DNA from: Candidatus Poribacteria bacterium
GTDB taxonomy: Bacteria; Poribacteria; WGA-4E; WGA-3G
Reading direction: 5' to 3'
DNA length: 64,000 nt
Assembly (NCBI GenBank): GCA_965215265.1
Contig: OZ244048.1
Location: 832,001-896,000 of the forward strand
Positions 10,271 through 20,445 of the stretch are shown in pieces (position 1 is the first letter of the stretch; every line of letters begins with the position of its first letter). The notes under the pieces are model-generated. The model saw only the letters and a program-made list of their open reading frames with translations, did no database searches and was not told the DNA's origin. The position numbers and the translations under genes were made by a program.

Positions 10271-11131
10271 TTATCTCGGCAAACTCTTGTCTACCGGTTC
10301 ATCGCTTACCGTTTTCGCGCAGCGGAAACCGACGAAATTGGCAGCACCTGTCGGATGCCCCTGGTCGCGAGCGGATACCCGCAGGCTCTTTGCCTTATTG
10401 AACCAAGAGCCGCCACGCACAACGCGTGCGGTTTTCACCGACGGAAAAATCGAAATGATTTCCGAAAAGCTGCTAGCGCCGGCGACAGGATTTTGACGAG
10501 GAGAGACAATATAAAACGTGCTGCTATAGGCATCAAGACACCATTCCCATACGTTGCCAGCCATGTCGTATAAGCCGTAGGCGTTGGCCGGGTAGCTGCC
10601 CACAGCTGCTGTTTTGTCAACGTTTTTGTTATAATTGGCGTGGCTGGCATCAATTGAATCGCCCCAGGGGTATTTTTTCTCGGCTACTCCGCCGCGGGCT
10701 GCCTTTTCCCATTCTGCCTCTGTCGGCAAACGCTTGCCCGCCCACTGCGCGTACGCCATTGCATCGTGCCAACTCACACCGACAACCGGGTGTTCGCCCG
10801 TCGGAGAATATTTAGAAACCCAATCGGGTAAGGCACGATGCTCCGTTTCCTGAATAAATCGCTGATACTGCCCAACCGTTACCTCGTGCGTATCTATATA
10901 AAACGCATCCACGTAAACGTTATGCACCGGCTGTTCGTCTTCATCCGCATTTTCATCGTCGCTTCCCATCTCGAATGCACCAGCCGGAATTAACACCATG
11001 CCCTCCGGCGGTGCCGATGCACCAACCTGGCGAAAAACCTTCACAGAATCATCGCTGCTTGCTAGCAATGCAAACAGCACAACGTTCGCTACTACCAAAA
11101 AAAGTAGAGGCTTTTTTAATAATTTTTTCAT
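10271..11131 (-). CDS. Secreted FGE-sulfatase (SUMF1) domain protein
   Basis: FEMGS, HEVTVGQY, PVVGVSWHDA, RLPTEAEWEKAARGG, YGLYDMAGNVWEW, RGGSW, GFRC. Confidence 0.92.
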   Translation of the reverse strand: MKKLLKKPLLFLVVANVVLFALLASSDDSVKVFRQVGASAPPEGMVLIPAGAFEMGSDDENADEDEQPVHNVYVDAFYIDTHEVTVGQYQRFIQETEHRALPDWVSKYSPTGEHPVVGVSWHDAMAYAQWAGKRLPTEAEWEKAARGGVAEKKYPWGDSIDASHANYNKNVDKTAAVGSYPANAYGLYDMAGNVWEWCLDAYSSTFYIVSPRQNPVAGASSFSEIISIFPSVKTARVVRGGSWFNKAKSLRVSARDQGHPTGAANFVGFRCAKTVSDEPVDKSLPR

Positions 11132-11260
11132 TTTTTTATCGTGCCCTTCCGGCATACATCTCCTCGGCACCTGCCTCTTTGCGTTAAACGCCAGAATTAA
11201 GCAGATACCTTATTACAATGTTAGCACAAAACCACTTTAGATGTCAAATAATATTTAAGT

Positions 11261-11290
11261 TTGACTTTTTTCAGTTTTTGATGGTATACT
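11261..11290 (+). promoter_or_regulatory. sigma70-type promoter
   Basis: TTGACT-N18-TATACT with TG upstream of the -10. Confidence 0.5.
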
Positions 11291-11381
11291 GTATCGCACA
11301 TCGTTAAATTAGCCTTATATCAGTCACCTCTGTTGAGATGATTTCATCAGAGAACAGACAGAAGCTCAGAAGGAGAAACGT

Positions 11382-12071
11382 ATGAAAAGAGTAGCTATCG
11401 GTTTACCTGCCTCGGTAACCCTCACACTCATCCTCTTATCGGGTATGGCCCTGTGCCTTCCCGCGTGGAGTGGTACACAGTTGTGGGATTTTGAAGAAAA
11501 GCACGATGATTGGGAGGTCGCCAACGGCAATTGGAGTATTAAAGGCCCAGGCATCTACCAAGTCGAAAAAGGAGGCAAAGCGGAACACTCCCTCGTTGGT
11601 GAAGAGAAGTGGGATGACTACACCGTTGAAGCGAAGGTCCGCATGGACGAGGGCAATTGGGCAGGTGTCGTTTTCCGCGCACAGAGCGAGATGGAGTATT
11701 ACATCTATTACCTCAACGTCCAGAACAATAAGTCTGAACTGTGGAAACACAGCAAAGGTGCCTGGGATACGCGTGCCGCTATCACTAACAATATCCCCGC
11801 CGCAGGAAAACTCAAGATAGAGAACAAAGAGTGGTTTGATGTCAAGGTTGTCGTTGAGGGCGACACCTTCCAACTCCACATCAACGGTGAACTTCAGTCC
11901 GAACAAGAGGACGGCAGCTATAAAAGAGGCAAAATCAGGGTATGGGCATGGGAAACCGGGGCCAGCTTCGATGATGTCACCATCACCGGAGACAACGTTA
12001 AGGATACGCTTCCCGTGGATGCGCGTCAGAAACTCGCAACCACCTGGGGCAGACTCAAACAGGTTAACTGA
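11382..12071 (+). CDS. Secreted DUF1080/lectin-like beta-sandwich protein with TWGxLK C-terminal tail
   Basis: Signal peptide; WDDYTVEAKV, AGVVFR, ASFDDVTI; ends PVDARQKLATTWGRLKQVN. Confidence 0.8.
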   Translation: MKRVAIGLPASVTLTLILLSGMALCLPAWSGTQLWDFEEKHDDWEVANGNWSIKGPGIYQVEKGGKAEHSLVGEEKWDDYTVEAKVRMDEGNWAGVVFRAQSEMEYYIYYLNVQNNKSELWKHSKGAWDTRAAITNNIPAAGKLKIENKEWFDVKVVVEGDTFQLHINGELQSEQEDGSYKRGKIRVWAWETGASFDDVTITGDNVKDTLPVDARQKLATTWGRLKQVN

Positions 12072-12276
12072 GCACCGGTATGAATCCCACTGAAAACGTG
12101 AAGGTGCATTTATGAAACGGCTCTTTTTTACCTGCATCGGTTTCTGTTTTTTTTCCTCTCATAACGTCTTCCGGTTTTGCAGGGGAGCAGATGCGGTTTT
12201 TCGGCGGCCGGTGTTGGTATTGAGGGATTTGTGAATTCGGACAGGGACGACATTGTGAAGTCAGGTGAGCTATTTT

Positions 12277-14001
12277 ATGAGAAGTATCCGAATAGCCGGA
12301 CTGTTGGCTCTTATTGGGTGTTTTCTCTTTAAAACATACCCTATATTTTGCCAGAGCATCATTGAGGAACTTCAGGGATACCGCACACAATTGGCCGAAG
12401 ATCCAAGTCAAGTCGCGGTACGTCTGAAACTCGCAAAGGTTTACTTGCACATCGAAGCCTATGAGCAAGCTGTGACGGAATATCAGCAAATCCTCGCAAC
12501 CGCACCTATCGGGAGCCGGGGGCGAACCGAAGGTTACTACGGCTTAGGATTGGCATACACTGCACAGGAAAAGTTTGATGAGGCAATTAAATCCTATACA
12601 GATGCGATGGCTAGCGCGCCTGACTGGGCACATCTTTATGCCGCTTTAGGCAGTGTCTACGCAAACATGCACCGCTACGAAGAAGCACTCAGTGCCTACA
12701 AAACGGCTGTCACGCTGCAGCCAGACGATGCAAGAATTCATCATCATCTCGGCAATGTATATAGCAAACGCGGAAGATACGAGGAGGCGATGAGGCATCA
12801 GTTACGCGCAATTGCCATTGAGCCGAAATTGGCTGCAGCACACTATGAAACCGGGCGGCTCTACGCACAAGAAAAAAAGTGGGCTCGAGCCATTGTGGCA
12901 TACCAGAACGCATACGCATACGATGAAGAGCAGCTTGAAATTCTCTACAATCTCGCTCAAGCCTACCGGCGCAGCGGCGACAAGGCAGCATCTCAAGAAC
13001 AGATGGCACTTTTTGAGAAACGGAAGGCAGTGCTGCATCCTATTCATCAGTTACGTGGGGTTCTCCAGCGAACACAAAAGCAGGGCGAACGCGCCCAAGT
13101 TCTCGCCAATATCGGCAGACTTTACCTGAAAAGTGGCGCGTATGAGAAGGCACTCCGCGAATATCAGAAAGCAATCGGGCAAGATGCACAATTGGCAACT
13201 GCCCACAACGGTATCGGCATTGCCTATGCAATGCTCAAGAAATATCCAGAAGCGATTGCTGCACAGCATAAAACCTTAGCACTTCAACCCAATTTCGCTA
13301 AGGCACACGCAGCACTCGGGTTAATCTACTTGATGCAAGAGAAAGCGGACCTGGCACTGCATCATTATCGGCAAGCAGTTGTATTAGAGCCTACGCTCTT
13401 AGAGGCACATCTAAAAATCGGGCTCATTTTGTTGCGCGAAAAGCGATACGCAGCGGCAGCAGAAGCATATCAAGCGATTCTCGCACACAATCCGCGCAAT
13501 GCAGATGCGTATCACAATTTAGGGTTGTGCTATGCACGTCAAGGAAAAACCGAGCCTGCGATCGTCGCGCTTGAAAAAGCAGTTAATCTAGTGCATCACT
13601 TGCAAGAGGAAAGCGGGGCGGCAGTCCAACCAACGTTCCTTAGCGAAACGTACTATCTGCTTGGCGAACTCCACGGTGCACAACGCAACTTTAAACTCGC
13701 AGAGTCAGCATACCTAAATTCAAAATTGCCAAAAGCGTATCATGCACTCGCACAACTGAGCGCGAAACTGGCCAATCAACACAGCGTACCGGAACCTGAA
13801 CGCTTAGAAACTGCTTTCCAGTACGCACAAACAGCAATTCAGTTAAATCGGCATGTCGCGAGTTATTACAATACTCTCGCTCTAATTGCATACCAAAGAG
13901 CCGACTATATTGAAGCAGAGAAGGCGATCCGAAAAGCCGTTGAACTTGAACCGAAAAATCCGAACTATCAAGCAGGACTCAAACACATTTTAAACCGATA
14001 A
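12277..14001 (+). CDS. Secreted tetratricopeptide-repeat protein
   Basis: Signal peptide and many 34-aa TPR units (YYGLGLAY, HHHLGNVY, YHNLGLCY). Confidence 0.9.
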   Translation: MRSIRIAGLLALIGCFLFKTYPIFCQSIIEELQGYRTQLAEDPSQVAVRLKLAKVYLHIEAYEQAVTEYQQILATAPIGSRGRTEGYYGLGLAYTAQEKFDEAIKSYTDAMASAPDWAHLYAALGSVYANMHRYEEALSAYKTAVTLQPDDARIHHHLGNVYSKRGRYEEAMRHQLRAIAIEPKLAAAHYETGRLYAQEKKWARAIVAYQNAYAYDEEQLEILYNLAQAYRRSGDKAASQEQMALFEKRKAVLHPIHQLRGVLQRTQKQGERAQVLANIGRLYLKSGAYEKALREYQKAIGQDAQLATAHNGIGIAYAMLKKYPEAIAAQHKTLALQPNFAKAHAALGLIYLMQEKADLALHHYRQAVVLEPTLLEAHLKIGLILLREKRYAAAAEAYQAILAHNPRNADAYHNLGLCYARQGKTEPAIVALEKAVNLVHHLQEESGAAVQPTFLSETYYLLGELHGAQRNFKLAESAYLNSKLPKAYHALAQLSAKLANQHSVPEPERLETAFQYAQTAIQLNRHVASYYNTLALIAYQRADYIEAEKAIRKAVELEPKNPNYQAGLKHILNR

Positions 14002-14014
14002 GGACACCCTGAGC

Positions 14015-15460
14015 ATGGCATATTCCAGCCTCAGAGAATTCGTGAAAGCCTTAGACCGGGCAGGCGAACTCAAACGCATCAAAATGAGCGTCTCACCAGA
14101 ACTCGAAATTACGGAAATCACCGACCGCGTCAGTAAAGCCGAAGGCCCCGCACTGCTCTTTGAAAACGTCGAAGGCAGTCAGATGCCTCTCTTAATCAAT
14201 ACCTACGGCTCTTATCAACGGATGGGAATGGCGCTCGGTGTTGACGAACTCGCCCAGATTGCTGCCGAGATCGAAGGCATGATTAAACTCGGTACACCTG
14301 AATCCCTCCTCGACAAGGTTAAAATTCTCCGGATGCTATCCCAATTTACCAACTTCCCCCCTAAAACCGTCAAACGCGGTGCATCGCAAGAGATCATACT
14401 CACCGGTGAGGATGCATCCTTGGATATATTACCGCTCATCAAGTGCTGGCCCCTCGATGCCGATAAATATATCACCTTACCACAAGTCTTTACGAAGAGT
14501 CTGCGGACAGGCCAACGAAATGTTGGAACCTACCGGTTACAGAAACTGAACCCGTACGCGTTAGCGATGCATTGGCAAATTCACCACGACGGTGCCGCAC
14601 ATCATCGCGAATACCGGCAAGCCGGTGAGCAGATGCCCGTGGCGGTTGCAATCGGTGGGGACCCGGTCATGTCCTATATCGGCACTGCACCCCTACCCTC
14701 TGGGATTGACGAACTGCTGTTCGCAGGATTCCTCCGAAAAGCGAATGTGGAGATGGTACCCGCTAAAACCATCAACATGCTCGTCCCTGCAGATGCCGAC
14801 ATTGTCATCGAAGGATACATTGAGCCAGGCGAAACCTGCATTGAAGGACCCTTCGGAGATCACACAGGGTTTTATTCGTTAGCAGATGAATACCCAGTCT
14901 TTAACATTACAGCCATTACCCATCGCAAAAAACCGATTTACCAGACTATCATTGTCGGCAAACCGCCCATGGAAGATTGCTACATGGGTAAGGCCACCGA
15001 ACGTATCTTTATGCCCCTCATTAAGACGCAGCTGCCCGAATTGGTGGATATGAACCTCCCGTTATTCGGGGTGTTCCACAATTTCGCACTCATCTCTATC
15101 GACAAACGCTATCCGTTCCATGCAAAAAAGATTATGCATAGCTTGTGGGGACTCGGACAACTGATGTTCAGCAAAATTATCATCGTTGTTGACAAATATG
15201 TCAACGTTCAAAACGTGGAAGAGGTGCTTTTTTACGTTGGGAGCAACGTCGACCCGAAAAGGGATGTCACGATTGTTGAGGGCCCGGTCGATGTACTGGA
15301 CCATGCCGCCCCCCTCATGGGGGCAGGCTCCAAAATGGGAATTGATGCCACAACCAAATGGGCAGAAGAAGGATACCGACGCGAATGGCCACAGGAGATA
15401 CAGATGTCTGAGGATGTTATTGCCTTGGTTAACGAACGGTGGAAAAAGTATGGATTCTAA
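14015..15460 (+). CDS. ubiD: UbiD-family decarboxylase (likely menaquinone biosynthesis type)
   Basis: GPALLFENV, NVGTYR, EGPFGDHTGFY, GKPPMED, KMGIDAT. Confidence 0.92.
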   Translation: MAYSSLREFVKALDRAGELKRIKMSVSPELEITEITDRVSKAEGPALLFENVEGSQMPLLINTYGSYQRMGMALGVDELAQIAAEIEGMIKLGTPESLLDKVKILRMLSQFTNFPPKTVKRGASQEIILTGEDASLDILPLIKCWPLDADKYITLPQVFTKSLRTGQRNVGTYRLQKLNPYALAMHWQIHHDGAAHHREYRQAGEQMPVAVAIGGDPVMSYIGTAPLPSGIDELLFAGFLRKANVEMVPAKTINMLVPADADIVIEGYIEPGETCIEGPFGDHTGFYSLADEYPVFNITAITHRKKPIYQTIIVGKPPMEDCYMGKATERIFMPLIKTQLPELVDMNLPLFGVFHNFALISIDKRYPFHAKKIMHSLWGLGQLMFSKIIIVVDKYVNVQNVEEVLFYVGSNVDPKRDVTIVEGPVDVLDHAAPLMGAGSKMGIDATTKWAEEGYRREWPQEIQMSEDVIALVNERWKKYGF

Positions 15461-16526
15461 AACGATTTACGATGTCGCAGTCATTGGCGCTGGCCCAGCA
15501 GGCGTGCAAGCAGCCGTTTCCGCAAGCCATCAAATGCGTCATGTACTCGTACTACATTCCGGGAAGGTGAGTTTTAGTCGCGGACGCGCCTACTGGTCAA
15601 AATCTGTCGAAATTGAGGATGCCCCCGTCTTCCCCGGCATCATCGGACCCAACTTTGCCAAAGAACTCATGAAGTGGATGGAGAGCCGCCCGGTTGTCGA
15701 CTTCAAACTCGGCACAGAACAACGAAAGGCAGGGATTGAGATTCGTGACGGACTGGTTACCAAACTCACCCGAATAGGTGATATTTTTCAATTGGAAGCA
15801 TCCACGAAGATGCTCAAACGAAATACTGAATTGCAGATGGAGCAATTCCGCTCCCGTACCGTCGTTGTCGCCTCCGGATTTGATGACAAATGGCCAGATA
15901 TTGAATTTGATGTCGATGCAGAGAGACTGTATAAACAATACGCAGCCGTTTTTCGTTATGCAGGCAACCGTAAAGGATGGCACGTCTGTATCCGGTGTGA
16001 TGGCCATCTGCACGTCAATCAACACCTCGCTCTCCTCGGTGTAGGAGACTATATCTATGATGCCGCCGTCGGTGCACAAGATTTTACCGATAAAATTACC
16101 ATTCTCACCAACGGCCGCCCACACGGCATGTCAAACCCTGTACTCAAGCAGATTGCAGAACGCAATATTCAGATCGTCGAGACCAAGATTAAACGGCACA
16201 TCGGGCAGAAAACAGAACTGCTCGGCTTTGAAATGGAAGACGGTTCTGAAATGTACTTTCACGGTTTCCTCGTTGACGAGGGGCTCATCCCCAATACAAA
16301 ATTCCTTGAAAGCTGGGATTACCAGAGAGACGAAGAGGGATTAATCGTCGCCAACGGAGATATGCAAATGTTGGACAACTCTGACGAACCGATTCCCGGA
16401 CTCTTTGCCGCGGGCGACATCGTCTCCGGCGAACGAAACCTCATCGCTACTGCTTTTGCCCTCGGTCAAGAAGCAGGACTATCTGCCTCTGACTCATTGC
16501 GGAAATGGCATGCACCAAAAACCTAA
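15450..16526 (+). CDS. FAD/NAD(P)-dependent oxidoreductase, thioredoxin-reductase-like
   Basis: GAGPAG, CIRCDG (CxxC), GLFAAGD; real start MDSKT at 15450 overlaps the ubiD end. Confidence 0.85.
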   Translation: MDSKTIYDVAVIGAGPAGVQAAVSASHQMRHVLVLHSGKVSFSRGRAYWSKSVEIEDAPVFPGIIGPNFAKELMKWMESRPVVDFKLGTEQRKAGIEIRDGLVTKLTRIGDIFQLEASTKMLKRNTELQMEQFRSRTVVVASGFDDKWPDIEFDVDAERLYKQYAAVFRYAGNRKGWHVCIRCDGHLHVNQHLALLGVGDYIYDAAVGAQDFTDKITILTNGRPHGMSNPVLKQIAERNIQIVETKIKRHIGQKTELLGFEMEDGSEMYFHGFLVDEGLIPNTKFLESWDYQRDEEGLIVANGDMQMLDNSDEPIPGLFAAGDIVSGERNLIATAFALGQEAGLSASDSLRKWHAPKT

Positions 16527-16582
16527 TTGCACTTTTGTCTGTGATACGCCATTTTTCAATCCGGTGAAGGAGAACCTAGATA

Positions 16583-19444
16583 ATGTCACAAGAAAAGCAA
16601 AGGACACTCTACATTCTTGATACGCTCGCAGAAATATTTCGCGCATTTTATGCCATCCGGACGCAACTCATCAGCTCTGTCACCGGTGAACCCACAAATG
16701 CTATCTTCGGGGTTACCAGCACCTTAATCAGACTCCTCTCTGAGTTGCAGGCGACACACCTTGTCGCCGCAATTGATACACCCGGAAAAACCTTCCGTCA
16801 TGAAATGTACGCCGAATATAAAGCAAATCGTACAGCACCACCCGCAGAACTCGTCAGCCAAATTCACCGCATCCAACAGATACTTGAGGCCTTCGGAATC
16901 CTGACGCTCGGTAAAACCGAATTAGAGGCAGATGATATTATCGCATCTGTCACACAGACAGTCCTAGACTCACCCGAAACACAAGATGTTCACGTTACTA
17001 TCGTCTCTAAAGACAAAGACCTTGAGCAACTGCTCTGCGAACGGGTGACAATGCTTGATATTCATAACGAAAACACCATTGATGTCGAAGCACTCTGGGA
17101 AAACAAAGGGATTAAACCGGAACAAGTCATAGATGTGCTCGTTTTAATGGGGGATACCTCTGATAATGTACCGGGCGTTCAAGGAATAGGTCTGAAAACC
17201 GCCGCAAAATTGATGCAACAGTTCGGCTCCATTGACGGTATCTTTGCACACATCGATCAGATTAAGGGGAAACGACGTGAAAATTTAGAGAATGCCCGAG
17301 CACAGATGCCATTATCCAAAAAACTGGTAACGCTCAAACGTGACACCGCTTTAAACTTCTCATTAGAGCAAGCACGCGTCAAACCGCTCAACCTCCAGAA
17401 AATCTTACCACTCTTTCAGCAACTTGAACTCAAACGTTTCGACCAGGTTCTCGCTAAACTCGCACAAGGGAATGCTGCATCGTTTATCCCCGAGAACGCT
17501 CAGTCTTCTACTCGCAAGGGACGCGCCGCCGCACTAGAGCAGAAAACCGACTCTATCCTAGAAAAAGGCGGCTATGACACCGCCGAAACATCGGACTACC
17601 GAGCTGTTGTAACCCTACAGCAATTGGAACAACTCGTCAAAACGCTTGCCGCACAAGAAATCATCAGTCTGGATACGGAGACGGATGGCTTGCATCGCGA
17701 GGCTCAACTTTGCGGGCTCAGTTTTTCGTGGAAACCGAATCAGGGCGTTTATGTTCCCGTCCGCTCACCGCAGCCGGCAACCCATCTCAATACCGAAACA
17801 GTGCTAAGGCACCTCAAACCTATACTCGAAAATCCAGCACTCCCTAAGTGTGGGCATAATCTCAAGTTTGACGCAGGCATCCTCATACGCAACGGCGTTA
17901 AACTCCAAGGTGTCGCCTTTGATACGCTCTTAGCGAGCCTGCTCATCGATGCCCGCAATCCATCACACAATTTAGACATGCTCGCATTGCACCAGTTAAA
18001 CTACAAAACAATCTCTTTTGAGGAATTAACTACCGATGCAGCAGGCACGTCCGAACCGGACCTGTTTAATACTGCAAAAGAGAGAACTTCTATTGATGAA
18101 GTCCCTCTGGAAAAAGCCACCGTTTATGCTGCAGAGGATGCAGATGTCGCGCTGCGGCTCTATCATTTCTTCGCGCCTCAGTTAGAAGAGATGGAAATAA
18201 CAAAGTTAGTGCGTGAGATAGAATCGCCTCTCGCCCCTGTGCTCGCAGAGATGGAGTATAACGGCATCGTCTGCGACACGGAGGAATTAAAACGCCAGAA
18301 CCGTGTTATTCAACAACTCGTTGAGGAACGGCAAAGAAAGATATATAATATAGTAGGAGAGCCGTTTAACATTGATTCTCCGGTGCAGCTCGCGGATGTC
18401 CTTTTTACCAAACTTAATTTCAAACCTGTCAAGCGGACAAAGAGCGGGAAAGTCTCAACTGATGTGACAGTCTTAGACACGCTCTCCCTCAAAGAAGATA
18501 TCAATGCACCTAAAACAAGTGTACCGAGACTCATCATCGAATATCGTCAATTTCGCAAACTGCAGAGCACCTACGTGCAGCAGCTGCAACACGCCGTCGA
18601 CAAAAAGACAGGGCGCATTCACACCCACCTCTATCAACTCATGACAGCCACTGGACGCCTGAAATCTGACCGGCCCAATCTACAGAACATTCCCGTACGA
18701 ACCGACATTGGACGGCAGCTACGCCTTGCATTCAAGGCACCGGCAGGATATAAACTCATCTGTGCTGACTACTCACAAATTGAGCTCCGTATTCTCGCAC
18801 ACTTTAGTGAAGATGAAAGCCTGCTTGAAACGTTCGCGCAAGATTTAGACATTCACACTGCCGTCGCATCGCAGGTGTTTGACGTACCAATCCACGCTGT
18901 CACGCGGGAACTCCGCGATAAAGCGAAAAGCATCAATTTCGGCATTATCTATGGGGTGTCTCCGACCGGGCTCTCACGCCGGATTAAGGGGATGAACGTC
19001 GCAGAAGCCACGCAACTTATTGATGATTATAAGACGCGTTTTCCGGGAATCAACCGGTTCCTCCACCAATGTATCCAAGCAGCATTAGACAACGGCTATG
19101 TCACAACTCTGACAGGTAGACGACGTGCTATCCCTGAAATCTATGCAGCTGCACGAAATCAACGGAGCCAAGGCGAACGCCTCGCAATCAATACCGTCGT
19201 ACAAGGGACTGCCGCCGACTTGATGAAAGCCGCCATGGTGCGTGTACAACAAAGAATAGACCGGGATCAGCTGCCCTTGAAGATGCTTCTCCAAATCCAC
19301 GACGAATTGGTGCTTGAAACACCAGAGGCGTTAGCTGAGGAGCACGCCGATATCGTCTGTGAGGAGATGGAGAACGTCCTACCATTGCGGGTACCCCTCC
19401 GGACCGAAGCCGGCATCGGCGATAATTGGATGGAAGCGAAATAA
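16583..19444 (+). CDS. polA: DNA polymerase I
   Basis: 5'-3' exonuclease (YKANR, EADD, GDTSDN); 3'-5' exonuclease (DTET, HNLKFD, YAAED); polymerase DYSQIELR, KSINFGIIYG, QIHDEL. Confidence 0.97.
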   Translation: MSQEKQRTLYILDTLAEIFRAFYAIRTQLISSVTGEPTNAIFGVTSTLIRLLSELQATHLVAAIDTPGKTFRHEMYAEYKANRTAPPAELVSQIHRIQQILEAFGILTLGKTELEADDIIASVTQTVLDSPETQDVHVTIVSKDKDLEQLLCERVTMLDIHNENTIDVEALWENKGIKPEQVIDVLVLMGDTSDNVPGVQGIGLKTAAKLMQQFGSIDGIFAHIDQIKGKRRENLENARAQMPLSKKLVTLKRDTALNFSLEQARVKPLNLQKILPLFQQLELKRFDQVLAKLAQGNAASFIPENAQSSTRKGRAAALEQKTDSILEKGGYDTAETSDYRAVVTLQQLEQLVKTLAAQEIISLDTETDGLHREAQLCGLSFSWKPNQGVYVPVRSPQPATHLNTETVLRHLKPILENPALPKCGHNLKFDAGILIRNGVKLQGVAFDTLLASLLIDARNPSHNLDMLALHQLNYKTISFEELTTDAAGTSEPDLFNTAKERTSIDEVPLEKATVYAAEDADVALRLYHFFAPQLEEMEITKLVREIESPLAPVLAEMEYNGIVCDTEELKRQNRVIQQLVEERQRKIYNIVGEPFNIDSPVQLADVLFTKLNFKPVKRTKSGKVSTDVTVLDTLSLKEDINAPKTSVPRLIIEYRQFRKLQSTYVQQLQHAVDKKTGRIHTHLYQLMTATGRLKSDRPNLQNIPVRTDIGRQLRLAFKAPAGYKLICADYSQIELRILAHFSEDESLLETFAQDLDIHTAVASQVFDVPIHAVTRELRDKAKSINFGIIYGVSPTGLSRRIKGMNVAEATQLIDDYKTRFPGINRFLHQCIQAALDNGYVTTLTGRRRAIPEIYAAARNQRSQGERLAINTVVQGTAADLMKAAMVRVQQRIDRDQLPLKMLLQIHDELVLETPEALAEEHADIVCEEMENVLPLRVPLRTEAGIGDNWMEAK

Positions 19445-19615
19445 TCGTCCACGTTTGAAGATGCCAGTGCACAAAAAACAGTGGAAGCAACTGATAACCA
19501 CACTTGTTGTCTATACACAAGAGATATTCAAGAAATTTAATACGGTATTATACACCGTAATATTGAAACACCGAGGTGTAAAAAATGAGCGTTAAACAAT
19601 AATTTGAATTTAAAG

Positions 19616-19644
19616 TTGACAAATAGTAAAAATTATAGTATCAT
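19616..19644 (+). promoter_or_regulatory. sigma70-type promoter upstream of the RRM gene
   Basis: TTGACA-N17-TATCAT. Confidence 0.7.
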
Positions 19645-19987
19645 GTTAAGTGTAAGGGAAATGTGGTAATATCTGCTAGAAACGTTACGAGTAGTGTTTT
19701 GACAGTTTTACAAGTTGGAAGCGCGAACCTGCTTCTTTTCAAGTAGTGTGACGCGTTCTTCGACGAGAGATTGATGAAATCTGCGTATGGATAGGAACCC
19801 GCCTGTTTTTATAGAACAGACAAATTCAAAGGCAAATCCATCCATACAAAAAATGCCAATCTACGCTTGCTGCCAAATGCCTGCCCATAGAAAGTGGTTC
19901 TCGCCTGCATGCTGCAGGCCCGCAGAATACTGACAGTGCTCAGTTTCTCATTTTCCCATTATTTTCAATTCCAAAAGGAGAAACGAG

Positions 19988-20260
19988 ATGAATATCTACG
20001 TTGGCAATGTGCCATACGCAGCGACAGAAACCGATATGGAAGAACTCTTTGGACAATACGGACCTGTGGCAACAGCCACAATTATTCGTGACCGGTACGA
20101 CGGTCGCTCCAAAGGGTTTGGCTTCGTTGAGATGGAAAATCAAGAGGATGGTGAGCGAGCGATAAAAGAATTGGATGGCCAAGATATGATGGGACGTCCG
20201 TTGAAAGTCAACCCTGCACGTCCTCGTGAAGAACGTCGGTCCCCGCGTAATTATGATTAG
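19988..20260 (+). CDS. RRM RNA-binding protein (Rbp family)
   Basis: RNP2 IYVGNV, RNP1 KGFGFVEM; AAGGAG RBS. Confidence 0.95.
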   Translation: MNIYVGNVPYAATETDMEELFGQYGPVATATIIRDRYDGRSKGFGFVEMENQEDGERAIKELDGQDMMGRPLKVNPARPREERRSPRNYD

Positions 20261-20335
20261 TAGCCCTTAAATACCGTGTAAGGGTTGCCTAGGTAGGCAC
20301 GAGTTACCTTAAACAAATTCGCGGTTAACAAATTG

Positions 20336-20390
20336 TGCCCCAGTCTGGAGCCATTTACAACTGGTTCCACCTGGGGCATTTCTGTTTTTT
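20336..20390 (+). terminator. Hairpin plus U-rich tail, probable intrinsic terminator
   Basis: tgccccag...ctggggca with inner tggagcc/ggttcca, followed by tttctgtttttt. Confidence 0.6.
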
Positions 20391-20400
20391 GAGAAAATGT

Positions 20401-20424
20401 AAAGCGGGAGCAGTTGCCCCCGCT
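20401..20424 (-). terminator. GC hairpin after the LamG gene
   Basis: Minus strand gcgggggca-ac-tgctcccgc-ttt. Confidence 0.45.
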
Positions 20425-20445
20425 CCAAGGACGTTTAGTGCAAGA

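Noticed and set aside
10271-11131. FGE domain as a DGR target or active formylglycine-generating enzyme
   Set aside because: No reverse transcriptase or template repeat in the window; catalytic Cys pair after RGGS is absent
11436-12137. 233-aa minus-strand ORF
   Set aside because: Antisense to a well-supported secreted protein gene with an RBS and conserved tail
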